DNA of 64,000 nucleotides. It comes from a virus. Taxonomy: Duplodnaviria; Caudoviricetes. Numbering within the stretch: position 1 is the stretch's first letter; every line of letters begins with the position of its first letter. The stretch is taken from positions 1 through 64,000 of IMG/VR virus record IMGVR_UViG_2588253903_000005; one strand, 5' to 3'. The notes beneath the pieces are model-generated. The model was not told the DNA's origin. It saw only the letters and a program-made list of their open reading frames with translations, and did no database searches. The translations under genes and the position numbers were made by a program. Below are positions 45,101-56,800 of the stretch, one piece after another.

Positions 45101-45544
45101 ATGAAATACGCCCTCCAAATCGGAGAAGTGCCAATCTACAACCGTGACGAAAACGGCGAAATCATCTATGAACACTACGAGGACAGCGACGGGAACATTA
45201 TTTATTACGAAGATGAAAACGGAAATAAGATACCGTCTGAAACTGGGGAATATGAGATAGACTATAGCGAGCCCGTCTCTTTTTTATCCAGTTTAGCAAT
45301 GAGTGGCGGAGAGGCGGAGGCGCAGGAATTTGGCTTGTCGACCTCTGACTATAACGCCACTCTGCTATGCCAAAAAGGTGCTTATCCAATCGTTGAGGGT
45401 AGCCTTATTTGGACGAAAAGCGAGGTAGGGTACAAAGATATCAATAATGAGATTATCGACCCTATATCGGCAGATTATGAGATTATAAAGGTGTCTGAAA
45501 GTCTTAACTTTGTGAAGTATGTGTTAAAGGCTGTGGTTAAATAA
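45101..45544 (+). CDS. Head-closure / head-tail adaptor
   Basis: AQEFGLSTSDY...SLIW...ADYEIIKV; position. Confidence 0.65.
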   Translation: MKYALQIGEVPIYNRDENGEIIYEHYEDSDGNIIYYEDENGNKIPSETGEYEIDYSEPVSFLSSLAMSGGEAEAQEFGLSTSDYNATLLCQKGAYPIVEGSLIWTKSEVGYKDINNEIIDPISADYEIIKVSESLNFVKYVLKAVVK

Positions 45545-45573
45545 AATAGACAGGCAGAAAGGAAGATAGAAAG

Positions 45574-45888
45574 ATGATTTTACAGTATTCAAATAATGGA
45601 ACGGATTGTTACGAAGAATCGCAATCAATATGTTTTTTGCAAGTTCCGTTTACAAAAAATGATGACATTGTAAGCATAATGGAAAGAGCAGAAAAACAAG
45701 TTTCTACAGTATGGGGAAAACCTACTTTTGAGCTTAGGTCAGATAACATGTTTCCAGAAAATGCAAAGTTTGCAAAAATTGCAATACTAAGCGAAAGAAA
45801 CAGAGGAAAGTCAAGAGCGTTGATGTTTGGAGAAAAGACGGTTTTGTATTTGCTAAATGAAAACGGAAAAACTTTGAAAATGTTCTAA
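45574..45888 (+). CDS. Hypothetical protein
   Basis: 104 aa ORF. Confidence 0.55.
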   Translation: MILQYSNNGTDCYEESQSICFLQVPFTKNDDIVSIMERAEKQVSTVWGKPTFELRSDNMFPENAKFAKIAILSERNRGKSRALMFGEKTVLYLLNENGKTLKMF

Positions 45889-45889
45889 G

Positions 45890-46225
45890 GTGGTGTTTGA
45901 CATGGACAAGAAAACAGTAAATATTCTTGGAGCGGATTACACGATTGAAACAGATGAAGAAATACTAAAAGACGGCGCAGACGGTATCTGCCATCCATAC
46001 TCCAACCGAATAAGGATAAGACCAAAAGAAAATATGCTCGGTGACGGAGATACAAAAGAAGAAAAAGAGAAGTGTTATAAGGAAACGCTGTCTCACGAAT
46101 GTATTCATGCATATTTTAGGGAAAGCGGACTGTACAGCTACATGAAGGACGAGGTTCTTGTAGATTGGATTGCAACGCAATTTCCAAAAATGGAAAAGAC
46201 ATTTAGGGAATTGGATATTTTGTAG
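45890..46225 (+). CDS. Small HExxH metallopeptidase-like protein
   Basis: LSHECIHAY...DEVLVDWIA. Confidence 0.7.
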   Translation: MVFDMDKKTVNILGADYTIETDEEILKDGADGICHPYSNRIRIRPKENMLGDGDTKEEKEKCYKETLSHECIHAYFRESGLYSYMKDEVLVDWIATQFPKMEKTFRELDIL

Positions 46226-46386
46226 GAGGTAGAAAATGGAAGATTTGTTTTACAAAGACAATACAAAATTATGCGGAACACTTCAAGATGGTGTATTTTT
46301 CCCTTGCACCACTCTAATTCCAGAGTGGTTGAAGAAATCAGTAGAGAAATCTCTGAAATTTAATTTGTTAAACACAGAGATGGGTC

Positions 46387-46920
46387 ATGGCAAAGAAAAC
46401 CCTTAAAGCCGACCTGTCTATTTCGTCAATCCGTAATCTCCAAAAGGAATTGGAAAAATACCGCAACAGTCTAACCTACAAAGCCAGACTGCTTGCAGAA
46501 AAACTTAGCGAGCGCGGCGTAGAAATCGCCAGAGTGCAGATAGCCGACCTCGACGCAATCTTTACGGGCGAACTGATACAGAGCTTGCACAGCGAGTACA
46601 AGGCAAGTATGCCATACGGGGCGATATTTGCGGTAGTTACAGACTCCAAGCACTGTGCCTTTGTTGAGTTCGGCACAGGACAACGTGGCGAGGACAAACC
46701 ATACCCCTATCCTCTTCCAGAGGGTGTAAGCTGGGATTACAATGTCGGAAAGACGATAAGACAGAACGCAACCACGGGAAGATATTACTGGTTTTATCCG
46801 GGGCAGGACGGGAAATGGCATTATACAGAGGGAATGCCGTCTCGTCCTTTTATGTACCTTACAAGCATGGAACTGATAAGGGAAGTTCCGAAGATAGCTA
46901 AAGAAGTATTCGGGAAGTGA
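46387..46920 (+). CDS. Tail completion protein (HK97 gp10-like)
   Basis: FVEFGTG...GMPSRPFM. Confidence 0.8.
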   Translation: MAKKTLKADLSISSIRNLQKELEKYRNSLTYKARLLAEKLSERGVEIARVQIADLDAIFTGELIQSLHSEYKASMPYGAIFAVVTDSKHCAFVEFGTGQRGEDKPYPYPLPEGVSWDYNVGKTIRQNATTGRYYWFYPGQDGKWHYTEGMPSRPFMYLTSMELIREVPKIAKEVFGK

Positions 46921-46976
46921 GAGGGGATCCTCTCTTTTTTAATTTAACAAAATAAATCATCAGGAGGCATGAATTT

Positions 46977-47657
46977 ATGTTAGTAGAAATCATTGGAAAA
47001 AGAAACGAAGAAAGGCTTATCACTACAAGCCTTAAAATTGCTGAAAAGTTCGGTAAGGAACATGCCCATGTCCTTAGAGATATTCGGGATATGGAATGTA
47101 GCGATATGTTTAGAGAATCCAATTTTGGATTGTCCTCTTATAAGTCTGCACAAGGCAAGACATTGCCAATGTATGAAGTGACAAGGGATGGGTTCACCTT
47201 GCTGGCTATGGGATATACCGGAAAAGAAGCAATGAAGTTCAAAGAGGACTACATCAATGCGTTTAACGCAATGGAAAACGAATTAAAACGCATTTACACC
47301 GAGCGTCAACAATGGAAGATAGAGCGTGACAAAGGCGTTGTTATTCGTCACATCCTCACAGACACAATCAAGATGAAGATTGCAGACAGCCCACACAAGC
47401 GGTTCGCATATCCAAATTATACAAATCTGATTTACCGAACTTTGTTTGGAAAAACTGCAAAAGAACTTGAACAGGAATGTGGCGTAAAGGCGAGAGAAAA
47501 TTTAAGGGATTATTTTACCGGGAATGCCTTGGCACAGGTACAGAGCATGGAAATGCTGGTTTCAAGCCTTATCGGGTGTGGCTGGGGATATGAAAAAATA
47601 AAAGAATTTGTGTCTGAAAACTGCAAATATAAGATTGAGGAGGAAAATCATGGTTAA
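46977..47657 (+). CDS. Rha family regulator
   Basis: TTSLKIAEKFGKEHAHVLRDI...MYEVTRDGFTLLAMGYTGKEA. Confidence 0.9.
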   Translation: MLVEIIGKRNEERLITTSLKIAEKFGKEHAHVLRDIRDMECSDMFRESNFGLSSYKSAQGKTLPMYEVTRDGFTLLAMGYTGKEAMKFKEDYINAFNAMENELKRIYTERQQWKIERDKGVVIRHILTDTIKMKIADSPHKRFAYPNYTNLIYRTLFGKTAKELEQECGVKARENLRDYFTGNALAQVQSMEMLVSSLIGCGWGYEKIKEFVSENCKYKIEEENHG

Positions 47658-47967
47658 AACAAAAATCACTGAAACAACAGAAAAATACGACAAGGACGGA
47701 AAGCTTGTTGAAAAGGTTGCAAGAGAGGAAAATTCGGAAGATGATACAGTTTACACACCAGCCTATTTGAATCCAAACCTTAGTGGAACGTTGATTCATA
47801 CAAACCCACCTTACTACTCATATTGCGGACAAAGAGAAAATTCGGAAAGTAATTTCGGAGGAAGAATCGAGACCGGAACTGTACCATACGACAGAATCAA
47901 AACGGGAGAAATTACAGAGGGATTAGATTTTTCTGGCTTAAAAAATAAAGGAGAAACTACCATTTAA
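47650..47967 (+). CDS. Hypothetical protein
   Basis: RBS GAGGAGG; start MVKTK. Confidence 0.55.
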   Translation: MVKTKITETTEKYDKDGKLVEKVAREENSEDDTVYTPAYLNPNLSGTLIHTNPPYYSYCGQRENSESNFGGRIETGTVPYDRIKTGEITEGLDFSGLKNKGETTI

Positions 47968-47982
47968 AGGCAGGTGGTCTAA

Positions 47983-48378
47983 ATGCTTGACAGCATAGAA
48001 ACGCAAGTGTTTTCGCTGATAAAAGCGAAGTTTTCCGCAAAGATAAAAGCGAAATACAAAGACCTCAATTTTACCACAAGCGACAGGTCATCAACAAAAC
48101 CTAAATTTCCAACAGTGTACATACACATGGTTGATTCACAGGAAGCAGGTTCGGATTTGGAGGGAACATCAATACCAGGAGTTAATGCAGCGTTCCAAGT
48201 TGACGTTTCTGACAATCAAAACAACAACAGGACAGATGAAGTGGCGAGAGAGGTTTTAAGGATAATGAAAAGCATGAGATTTAAACCAATGCCTATGCCA
48301 ATGCACAATAACACTGGGGATGTATACATCACCACGGCGAGATACAAAAGAGTAATAGGTGACGGAGACATATTGTAA
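47983..48378 (+). CDS. Tail terminator-like protein
   Basis: FPTVYIH...FQVDV; precedes tail tube. Confidence 0.7.
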   Translation: MLDSIETQVFSLIKAKFSAKIKAKYKDLNFTTSDRSSTKPKFPTVYIHMVDSQEAGSDLEGTSIPGVNAAFQVDVSDNQNNNRTDEVAREVLRIMKSMRFKPMPMPMHNNTGDVYITTARYKRVIGDGDIL

Positions 48379-48438
48379 CAGAAGCAAAGAGCAGAAACGC
48401 TCTTATTTTTATGCAAATTTTTAAGGAGGAATGAAATT

Positions 48439-48936
48439 ATGGCAGATACCAGTTATCTTGCAAGAGTAATCATAAAAGAGTTTGAGGGGGACATACATAG
48501 CGCAATCGATTTTAGTGGCGAGTACAAACTATTGGTAAGGGCTAAGTCAATCCCAAGCCCTGTATCAGCCCCCAATACGGTTGAAAGCACAACGCTTGAA
48601 GATGATACGCAGACGTTTGAAATGGGAATTAAAACAGCGGATACAAGAGAAATAACAGGAAATCTTGAAAAGGAATACCTGCAAGCAATCAATAAGCTGA
48701 ATGGAAAGAAACTCTGCATTTTTCATCTATACGGGACGCAGGGGATTGGAGGAACCGCAAAATATGCCTACGTAGGGCAGGCAACGGCAACGCCAAATGA
48801 CGTTGGTGGAGTTGATGAAATCCTTGAAATGACAGTAACGGTTATTCCGAACACATCTGCCATCGAATGCACAGACGATTTTACCGTGGTTGATAACGGC
48901 GACGGAACATTCAATGTAACAAAGACGGGAGCATAA
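48439..48936 (+). CDS. Major tail tube protein
   Basis: PNTVESTTLED...GIK; position. Confidence 0.8.
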   Translation: MADTSYLARVIIKEFEGDIHSAIDFSGEYKLLVRAKSIPSPVSAPNTVESTTLEDDTQTFEMGIKTADTREITGNLEKEYLQAINKLNGKKLCIFHLYGTQGIGGTAKYAYVGQATATPNDVGGVDEILEMTVTVIPNTSAIECTDDFTVVDNGDGTFNVTKTGA

Positions 48937-48958
48937 TTCAAAGAAAGGAAAGTAAAAC

Positions 48959-49411
48959 ATGAAATTAAAAATCGGAGAAAAAGAATACAGCATCAAGTTT
49001 GCATACAAGCCAACGCTGAAAGAGCGTATCATATCAAAATTTGTAAAGTTTGCAGATTTGTCAAACGGAGACAAGGAAGCATATTTTGAGAAAGTTGAAG
49101 ATTTGCTCCTGTTTTTACCAGAAGCAGTGCTTGTCGGCTTGCAGGTACACTACCCGGAATTCAAATACAACTGCGACACAGGCGAGGGCAAGGAAGAGAA
49201 ACTTGAAAAGGCATTTGCGCTTGTTGAGGAATACATGGACAGCGAGGGAGCAGACGTTATGGCGTTCTTCAATCAGATTCAGGAGGCGTTGTTGGAAGAT
49301 TCTTTTTTGAGAAGCCTGTTCCAGAAGGAGCAGAAGAAAGAGGAACAAGTAGAAGAAACAGTTCAACCAAGACTGGAAGTAATTCAGAACGGGAAAATAG
49401 TAGAGATTTAA
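48959..49411 (+). CDS. Tail assembly chaperone
   Basis: Follows tail tube; ends with a slippery site. Confidence 0.8.
   Translation: MKLKIGEKEYSIKFAYKPTLKERIISKFVKFADLSNGDKEAYFEKVEDLLLFLPEAVLVGLQVHYPEFKYNCDTGEGKEEKLEKAFALVEEYMDSEGADVMAFFNQIQEALLEDSFLRSLFQKEQKKEEQVEETVQPRLEVIQNGKIVEI
49391..49397 (+). promoter_or_regulatory. -1 programmed frameshift site GGGAAAA
   Basis: In-frame GGG AAA A; the -1 frame is open into 49444-49767. Confidence 0.8.
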
Positions 49412-49443
49412 CATGGGAAATATACTGTGAGGAAATACGACCT

Positions 49444-49767
49444 TTGTTAATGCTTGCAACAAAAGGGTATGGTCTTTCTGTTGACTATATTGATTGGTCA
49501 AGCCCTGCCGAGATGGATCCATATCTAAAAGCGTATAAGTTAAAAAGAAATGAGAAAGACGTTCTTCAATGGCAGTTAGGTCAATATGTGGCGGCTGCTA
49601 TAAGCTGCGTATTACCAAAAGGAAAATATCTTAAAAAACCAATGTTCCAGATAGAAGAAAACATAGGAGAAATTACTGAAAGAGATATAGAAAAGGCAAT
49701 TTTAACAGAGCAACGGTATATGGCAATGTCAGCCAATAAAGGATTGCCAGAAACAATCATAGCTTAG
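49444..49767 (+). CDS. Tail chaperone C-terminal extension (gpT-like)
   Basis: -1 frame relative to the chaperone. Confidence 0.7.
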   Translation: MLMLATKGYGLSVDYIDWSSPAEMDPYLKAYKLKRNEKDVLQWQLGQYVAAAISCVLPKGKYLKKPMFQIEENIGEITERDIEKAILTEQRYMAMSANKGLPETIIA

Positions 49768-49777
49768 GAGGAATTTT

Positions 49778-50764
49778 ATGAGCAGAAATATCAACGAACT
49801 TCACCCAAGATTACAAGAAAAAGTTTCGGAGTTGCAGAAACTTTGCGAAAATAACGGTTTGATTATCGGAATCGGCGAGTGCTTAAGAACGGTAGCAGAA
49901 CAAGAAGAACTGTACGCACAGGGCAGGGATAAGCCTGGAAACATTGTCACAAATGCAAGAGGGACTTCTTATTCCAGCCAACACCAGTGGGGGATTGCGT
50001 TTGACTTTTATCGAAATGATGGAACAGGCGCATACAATGAATCTGGGAACTTCTTTGAAAGAGTCGGGAGCCTTGCGAAATCTATCGGTTTAGGATGGGG
50101 AGGCGACTGGACAAGTATCAAAGACCGTCCGCACCTGTACCTTCCTGACTGGGGAAGCACTGCAACAAAATTAAAAAATCAGTATGGAACCCCAGAAAAA
50201 TTCATGAAGACGTGGGGGGATTCAGGGAATGAAACCCATGCTCCGACCCATACTTCTGATAACAGAAGGACGTATCTGAAAAGAGGGGATAAGGGACAGA
50301 ACGTAAAAGATATGCAACTTATGTTGATTGGCTGCGGGTATTCCTGCGGAAAATCTGGCGCAGATGGAATTTTTGGTTCTGGAACCGAAAAAGCACTCCT
50401 GAAATTCCAACGCGACAATGGGCTGAAAGAAGACGGATTGTATGGAAACGCTTCTAAGGCAAAACTTGAGAAGGTATATTCCAACAGAACGCAGATTGAA
50501 AAGGCGGATTACAAAGTAGGAAGCACCTATACCTTGCAGACAGAAATGAAAGTACGTGAGTGTGCAGGGACAACATACAGGGCAAAGAAACACAGTGATC
50601 TTACAGAGGACGGAAGAAAGCACGATGCAGACAGAGACGGATGCCTTGACAAAGGTACAAAGGTAACTTGTAAAGAGGTAAAGAAAGTCGGAGATGATAC
50701 ATGGATTCGCACTCCCTCTGGATGGATTGCGGCGGTTTATGATGGAAAAGTATATGTAAAATAA
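49778..50764 (+). CDS. Endolysin: M15 (L-Ala-D-Glu) peptidase plus PG-binding and SH3-like domains
   Basis: RTVAEQEELYAQGR, SQHQWGIAFD, WGGDW...DRPH, LKRGDKG...DGIFG. Confidence 0.88.
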   Translation: MSRNINELHPRLQEKVSELQKLCENNGLIIGIGECLRTVAEQEELYAQGRDKPGNIVTNARGTSYSSQHQWGIAFDFYRNDGTGAYNESGNFFERVGSLAKSIGLGWGGDWTSIKDRPHLYLPDWGSTATKLKNQYGTPEKFMKTWGDSGNETHAPTHTSDNRRTYLKRGDKGQNVKDMQLMLIGCGYSCGKSGADGIFGSGTEKALLKFQRDNGLKEDGLYGNASKAKLEKVYSNRTQIEKADYKVGSTYTLQTEMKVRECAGTTYRAKKHSDLTEDGRKHDADRDGCLDKGTKVTCKEVKKVGDDTWIRTPSGWIAAVYDGKVYVK

Positions 50765-50767
50765 AAT

Positions 50768-50805
50768 CAAGGACAGCATGGGTTCAAATCCTGCTGTCTT
50801 TTTCT
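50768..50805 (+). terminator. Intrinsic terminator
   Basis: AAGGACAGCA...TGCTGTCTT plus T run. Confidence 0.65.
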
Positions 50806-50815
50806 TTGAAAGGAA

Positions 50816-53800
50816 GTGGCAAGAATGGCAACGATAGACAGATTGGATATACAAATAGAAGGTTCTGCACAAAAAGCAAATGTCGCAATAAATGACCTTA
50901 TAAAAAATCTCGACAGACTTGCCAATTCCTTAAAAATAGACACAAGCGGATTAGAGAAAATCGGAAAATCTTTGAATTTAAGTGGCATTGATAAGGCTGC
51001 TAAAAATATGCAATCCCAAACGCAGAAAGTATCAAAATCCCTGTCTCAAATTACGGAGCAGTACAAGGATTTGGGCAAAGGATTTGAAATAAAAGGCTCT
51101 ACGCAACAGATACAGAAGCAAATTGACAGCCTTACAAACAAACTTGCAAATGCAAAACTGGCGAAAGATGATTTTGAAGCGTCCGGGAAGGCCAATTTAG
51201 GTGGTTACGAAACAGCAGTTAAAAATGTAATAAAGTATACAAACCAGATTGAAAGCCTGAAAAAGCAACTTGAGGGATTGCAGACAGCACAGCCGAAACT
51301 TGATTTCAATGTAGCTGGCGCGGAAAGCCAAACAAAATATCTAGTTGAATACAAAAAGCAATTAATAGATTTCAAAAATGATATGAAATCCATAGGTGAT
51401 GTTTATGGCGGGTTGCAGAATGTTCCAAAAGGAGGACTAGATACTCTAATTCAAAATTTAAAGCAATCCATAGAAGAATTAAAGCAATCCTACCCGCAGG
51501 CAACGAATGTTATTTCCGCATTTGAAAAAGAGTTGCAAAAGCTACAAGGTATTTCTTCTGGACTGACAAAAGAACCAATTAGAGCCAATATTGATACAAG
51601 CTCTATTGACAAAGTAAGTGAAAAAATAGCAGAGCTAAAAAACAGGTTTGAAAAAGTTGGATCAGATTTTAAGTTTACCGGGAATTTTGAACAGTTAAAT
51701 ATTGAAATAGAAAAAGTTTATTCCAAGCTGAACGAATTAAGAACCAAAGAACAGGAAATGATTTCTGCCGGACAGGTAAATACATCTGGATTTGAACAGT
51801 TGCAGGAATCACTTGCAAGAGTTGGAAATAAGTTCGGAATAATGCAGGATTTAAGGGACAGAACAGAAGCATTTAACCAATCCTTGCAACAATTAAGAGT
51901 TCCAGAAATCCGAGAAGAAAATCTTACAAAACTTCAAAATTCCTTAAGAAAAACAGAAGCAGACACAGAAAAGCTAAGAACAAAACTTTCTAATGCAATA
52001 ACAATGGGAAGGATTGTTCCAAACATAGACGACAGCGGATTCCGAAAACTTACGGAGCAAATTGCGTTATCAGAAAAACAGGCAGAAGCATTAAGGCAGA
52101 AAATACAGGAAGTGGGAGGCGATACAAGCGGAACCGGAAGCATAATGGACAGGCTGAAATCTTCTCTGTCAAATGTTTCGAGCCAGTCAAGCAAAACATC
52201 TTCTGCGACAAACATATTATCAAAAAATATAAAAAACCTTTCCTCAACAATGAGCGGATTCAGCAAGTCAGCAGGAAAAGCGGTCACAGGGCTGAAATCA
52301 TTCGCAAGACAAGCATTGTCTGCTATGGGGATATATCTTGGGGTTTATGGGGCGGTAAGGGGGCTTAAATCATCGTTAGAAAGCTCCATGAATTACATAG
52401 AAATCCTTAATTATTTCAATGCCGCATTTGGACAGGTGGCAGAAAAGGCAGATTACAGTAAGTTTGAAGAAATGGGATATGATTCAGCAGAAGCATATTA
52501 CAATTCTTTTTCTGAAAGGGCAAAAGAATTAACAGAAAAAATGTCCGGGTTTACAATGAACGAAAGCGGGATGTTGGAATCCGGAGGAATGAAAAGCCTT
52601 GGAATTGACCCTACGAAACTTATGAACTATCAGGCGATGTTTGGGCAGATGTCTAGCTCTATGGGAGCGACAAGCGAAAATGCATTAAGGCTGTCAACAG
52701 TCCTTACGGAAATTGGGGCTGACCTGGCTTCTGTAAAGAACATGAAGTTTGAAAAAGTCTGGAACGATATGGCTTCCGGGCTTGCGGGAATGAGCCGGAC
52801 ACTGGATAAGTATGGGGCAAATATCCGAAACGTGAACTTGCAGCAGAAGTTAAACGAACTTGGAATCAGTGCAAACATATCCGCATTAAACCAGAATGAC
52901 AAGGCTCTTTTACGTACAATTATTCTTCTTGACAGTACGAGATATGCATGGGGTGATTTGGCAAAAACAATCAATCAACCTGCTAACCAGTTAAGGTTGC
53001 TCCAATCAAATTTCAGCAACCTTGGGAGGGCTATAGGAAACATATTTTTGCCAATCGTTGCAAAGGTTTTACCATACATAAATATGCTTGTGCAGGCATT
53101 GACGAGGCTTGCAGAATGGCTTGTAAAACTCCTTGGATTCGAGGGATTCGACTGGGGAGGTGGCGGGGGCGGAAACTCTACCCCGGATATACTTGGTGAC
53201 ATATACGACAATGCAGAGGATGCATCTGGCGCATTGGATAAAGTATCTGAATCCGCAAAAAAAGCGAAGGCAGGTCTTAGGGGATTTGATGAGTTAAAAA
53301 CAATCAACATGCCAGAATCCAATGAACCAGACGATGGAGCAGGGGGAGCGGGAACTGGAGGAATTGACAGCGGACTTCTGCAAGGAGCATTAGATAGCAT
53401 ACTGGACGAATATCAGGCGGCATGGGACAAGGCTTTTTCCGAAATGGAAAACAGGGCTAATACATTCGCTGATAACGTGGCGAAAGCGTTTAAAGAAAAA
53501 GGTCTCTATGGTGTTGGGGAATATTTCAGTAAAAGCATAACAAGCGCATTGGAGAGCATACCCTGGGATTCTGTATATGAGGGAGCAAGAATGTTTGGAA
53601 GCGGTTTAGCTTCCTTTTTAAATGGGTTGATTTCCCCGGATCTGTTCGGTGCACTTGGGAAAACGATTGCAGGCGCGTTGAACACAGCGTTGCATTTCCT
53701 TGATTCATTTGGGGAAACATTTGATTTTACCAATTTCGGCGTTTCCATAGGAGCCGGGATAAATTCTGCATTAGGAGGGATTGACTGGAAAACCGCGCTT

Positions 53801-56800
53801 TCAGCGGCTAAGAAATGGGGTACTGGAATTGGAAACGCTATCAATGGATTTTTCAGAAAAACGGATTTTTCCACCGTTGGAAGCACGTTGGCAAATGCCT
53901 TAAACACTGCGATACAGCTTGCACTATCATCAGGGAAAAAGATAGATTTTGAGTTAATAGGAAAGAAAATTTCAGACGGAATCAATGGATTTTTCAAGAC
54001 GTTCAGGGCTGATAAATTAGCGAAAGCCATAAATGTTTGGATGAAGGGCGCGCTGAAAACAGTTTCTACATTACTAAAGAAAACGGATTTTGATATGATT
54101 GGGAAGAAAATAGGAAAATTCCTTGCAGAACTTGATTTGACAGGAGCATTGAAAGGGCTGGCGAGCGTTGTATGGGAGGCGATAAAGGGAGCGTTTAACT
54201 TATTATCGGGAATTTTTAAATCCGCACCAATTGAAGCGTCTTTGCTTGTTGCATTTTCGTTCCTGAAATTTACAAAGGTTGGGCAGATTTTTACTTCCAA
54301 TCTTTTTTCTATTTTAAAAGGCGGGGCAACACAATCTTTAAATAAGTTTGCAAGTTTCTTCAATGGGGGATTGCTTGGAGTTATCGGAACAGCGGTAGCA
54401 GCATTTGCAGAATTTAGCGTTGTTTCTGATTCAATAGAGAATTTAACGCTCGGAACAGGAGATTTTATAGCAGAAATAGGTAAAATAGCAGGGGTTGTAG
54501 GGATTGCTTGGGCAGGAATGTCCGCTATACTTGGATTCCCAGCAGGAACCATAGCTACTGCAATTGTTGGTATAGTAGGAGCGATAAAAGGGATAAGCGA
54601 TGCATTTAAGGATATAAAAGCTGAATCCGCAATGCAATCAATAGCGAACGCATTGAAAAAACCAGGTGGAACACCGATTGAAGATTTGACAGAGTTGTAT
54701 TCGGATACAATTGGAAAAATAAAAAGCGGATTTGATGACATAAATGTAAAGTCAGAAGAACTTAAAACAACACAGACTAATGCAGAAAAAACAAGCAAAA
54801 AAATTGACCTCATAAAGTTTTCGATAGAAAACGGCTCAAAGGCTACGAAAGAAAAAACAACAGAAATAAAACAGGCGTTCGACAGTCTATTAAGCGATTC
54901 AAAAAGCATTTTTGAACAAGAATACGACGTTATCATGACGGGAATATCTGGTTCGTTGCAGCAATCGTTGACGGATGCTGGATATTCTGTTGAGCAGATT
55001 GTCGGAGTGATGGATTCGCTAAAAACGGAACATCAGAAAGAGATAGAGGAAATAGAGAAAAATAACGAGAAGTTGAAAACCAGTTTTGAAAATGGGAAAA
55101 TTTCTATCCAAGAGTATGCTGCAAAAATGCTAGAAAATTACGAAAAACTGGGCGAGATAACGGGAAAGACAGACGAGTATTCATCTGCCATTGAAAAGGT
55201 ATCAGAGGCGGCGAAAGGCGTTGACTTAAGCGGAATAGTAAACAAAGACAATACAATTAACACAGGTCTTTTAGCAGAACAGTTCAAGGGGTTAAGCACA
55301 ACCGCTACCGAGGCTAAGCAATCAATAAACGATTCATCTGCGGGGTTAACTGCGGCACTAAATGATTATGCAAAAGAAGCAGAAAGAACCAAAAATTCAG
55401 AAGCCGCAACAGCGATTAGCGATATGCTATCAGCAGAAGAAGCGAATGTGAAATCAGCAACGGAAAGTGTAAACAATCAGTTAACAGAATACGGAAACCA
55501 AGTACAATATGCAGTTTTGGAAAAAATTCCAAGCGTGGTAGACGAAGCGGTTGCAGATTATGAGAACAAAAGCCCTATATACAAATTCTTTAATTCAGAA
55601 GAAAGCCATGTGCAATCCGCATTAGAGGAATACCAAAAAAATGTAATAGACCCGTCTACGGAAGAATTAGAACGTTTATATTCGGAAGCAGGAATTGAGG
55701 GGGCTACTTTTTCCTCTAATGCTGGGAAAGAAATAATAGATGCAATGTTTGATGAAAACATAGTGTCAAGCGGGGAGCTTACCTACTATTCAAAGACATT
55801 GAAAAGCAATTATACAAAAGTAGTTAATAATGCTGTTGATGAAATAAAGAAGGATGCTAAGAAAAAATCTAAGCAAATAGGAAAAAATGTAGATGAAGGT
55901 ACGAGGGATGGAGTAAACGAAAACCTTGGACTTGCAACTGGAGCAATAGGCGGCATGGCAAACCAAATGCTTAGAAAGGCAAGGGAAACCCTTGGAGTGC
56001 ATAGCCCATCTACAAAATTTAAAGAAATCGGTGGATATGTCGTAGAAGGAATGAAGGGAGGGATTTCTGGAAAATGGGGAGAATTCAGCGAGTTTTGGGC
56101 AAAGAAGCATGATTACATTATAAATAAATTTAATGGAATAAAAGAAAAATTCGGGACAAAAGGAAAGGATATAATATCAGGAATCCGGTCTGGAATATCT
56201 GATAAATGGAACGATTTCAGTACGTTTTGGGGAGAAAAGAAAAGTAGTATCATAGATAAATTCAATGATATAAAAGAAAAATTTAATACAAAAGGTGGAA
56301 ATATAATTTCTGGCATAAGGTCTGGCATATCTGGGAAATGGGGTGAATTTAATTCTTATTGGACAGAAAGAAAAAATTCTATAGTAGAGAAGTTTAAAAA
56401 TATCAAAGAATCATTCCAGGGAAAGGGTGGCGATATTATATCTGGGCTAAAAAGCGGTATTTCCAGTAACTGGGATGGTTTTGTTGGATGGTGGGCAGAA
56501 AAAATCAAGGCAATGGTGAATGGGATACTGGATGGAATAAACTGGGTTCTTAAAAAAGTTGGCTCTAGTACACAGCTAGACCCATGGGAGCCAAAAGGAT
56601 TTGCAAAAGGAGCCAACGGACTTCCGCAAGACACCATAGGAATCGTAAACGACCAGAAAGGAAGCACATACAAAGAACTTATCGTGCCGCCACATGGAAA
56701 GCCATTCATCCCAGAGGGCAGGAATGTCATGCTTCCCATGAAAAAAGGGACAAAAATCATGCCAGCCCGCCAGACGAAGGACTTCATGGAGAAAATGAAC

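Noticed and set aside
56050-56520. 40-aa Trp-periodic repeats as a novel element
   Set aside because: Typical tape-measure repeats
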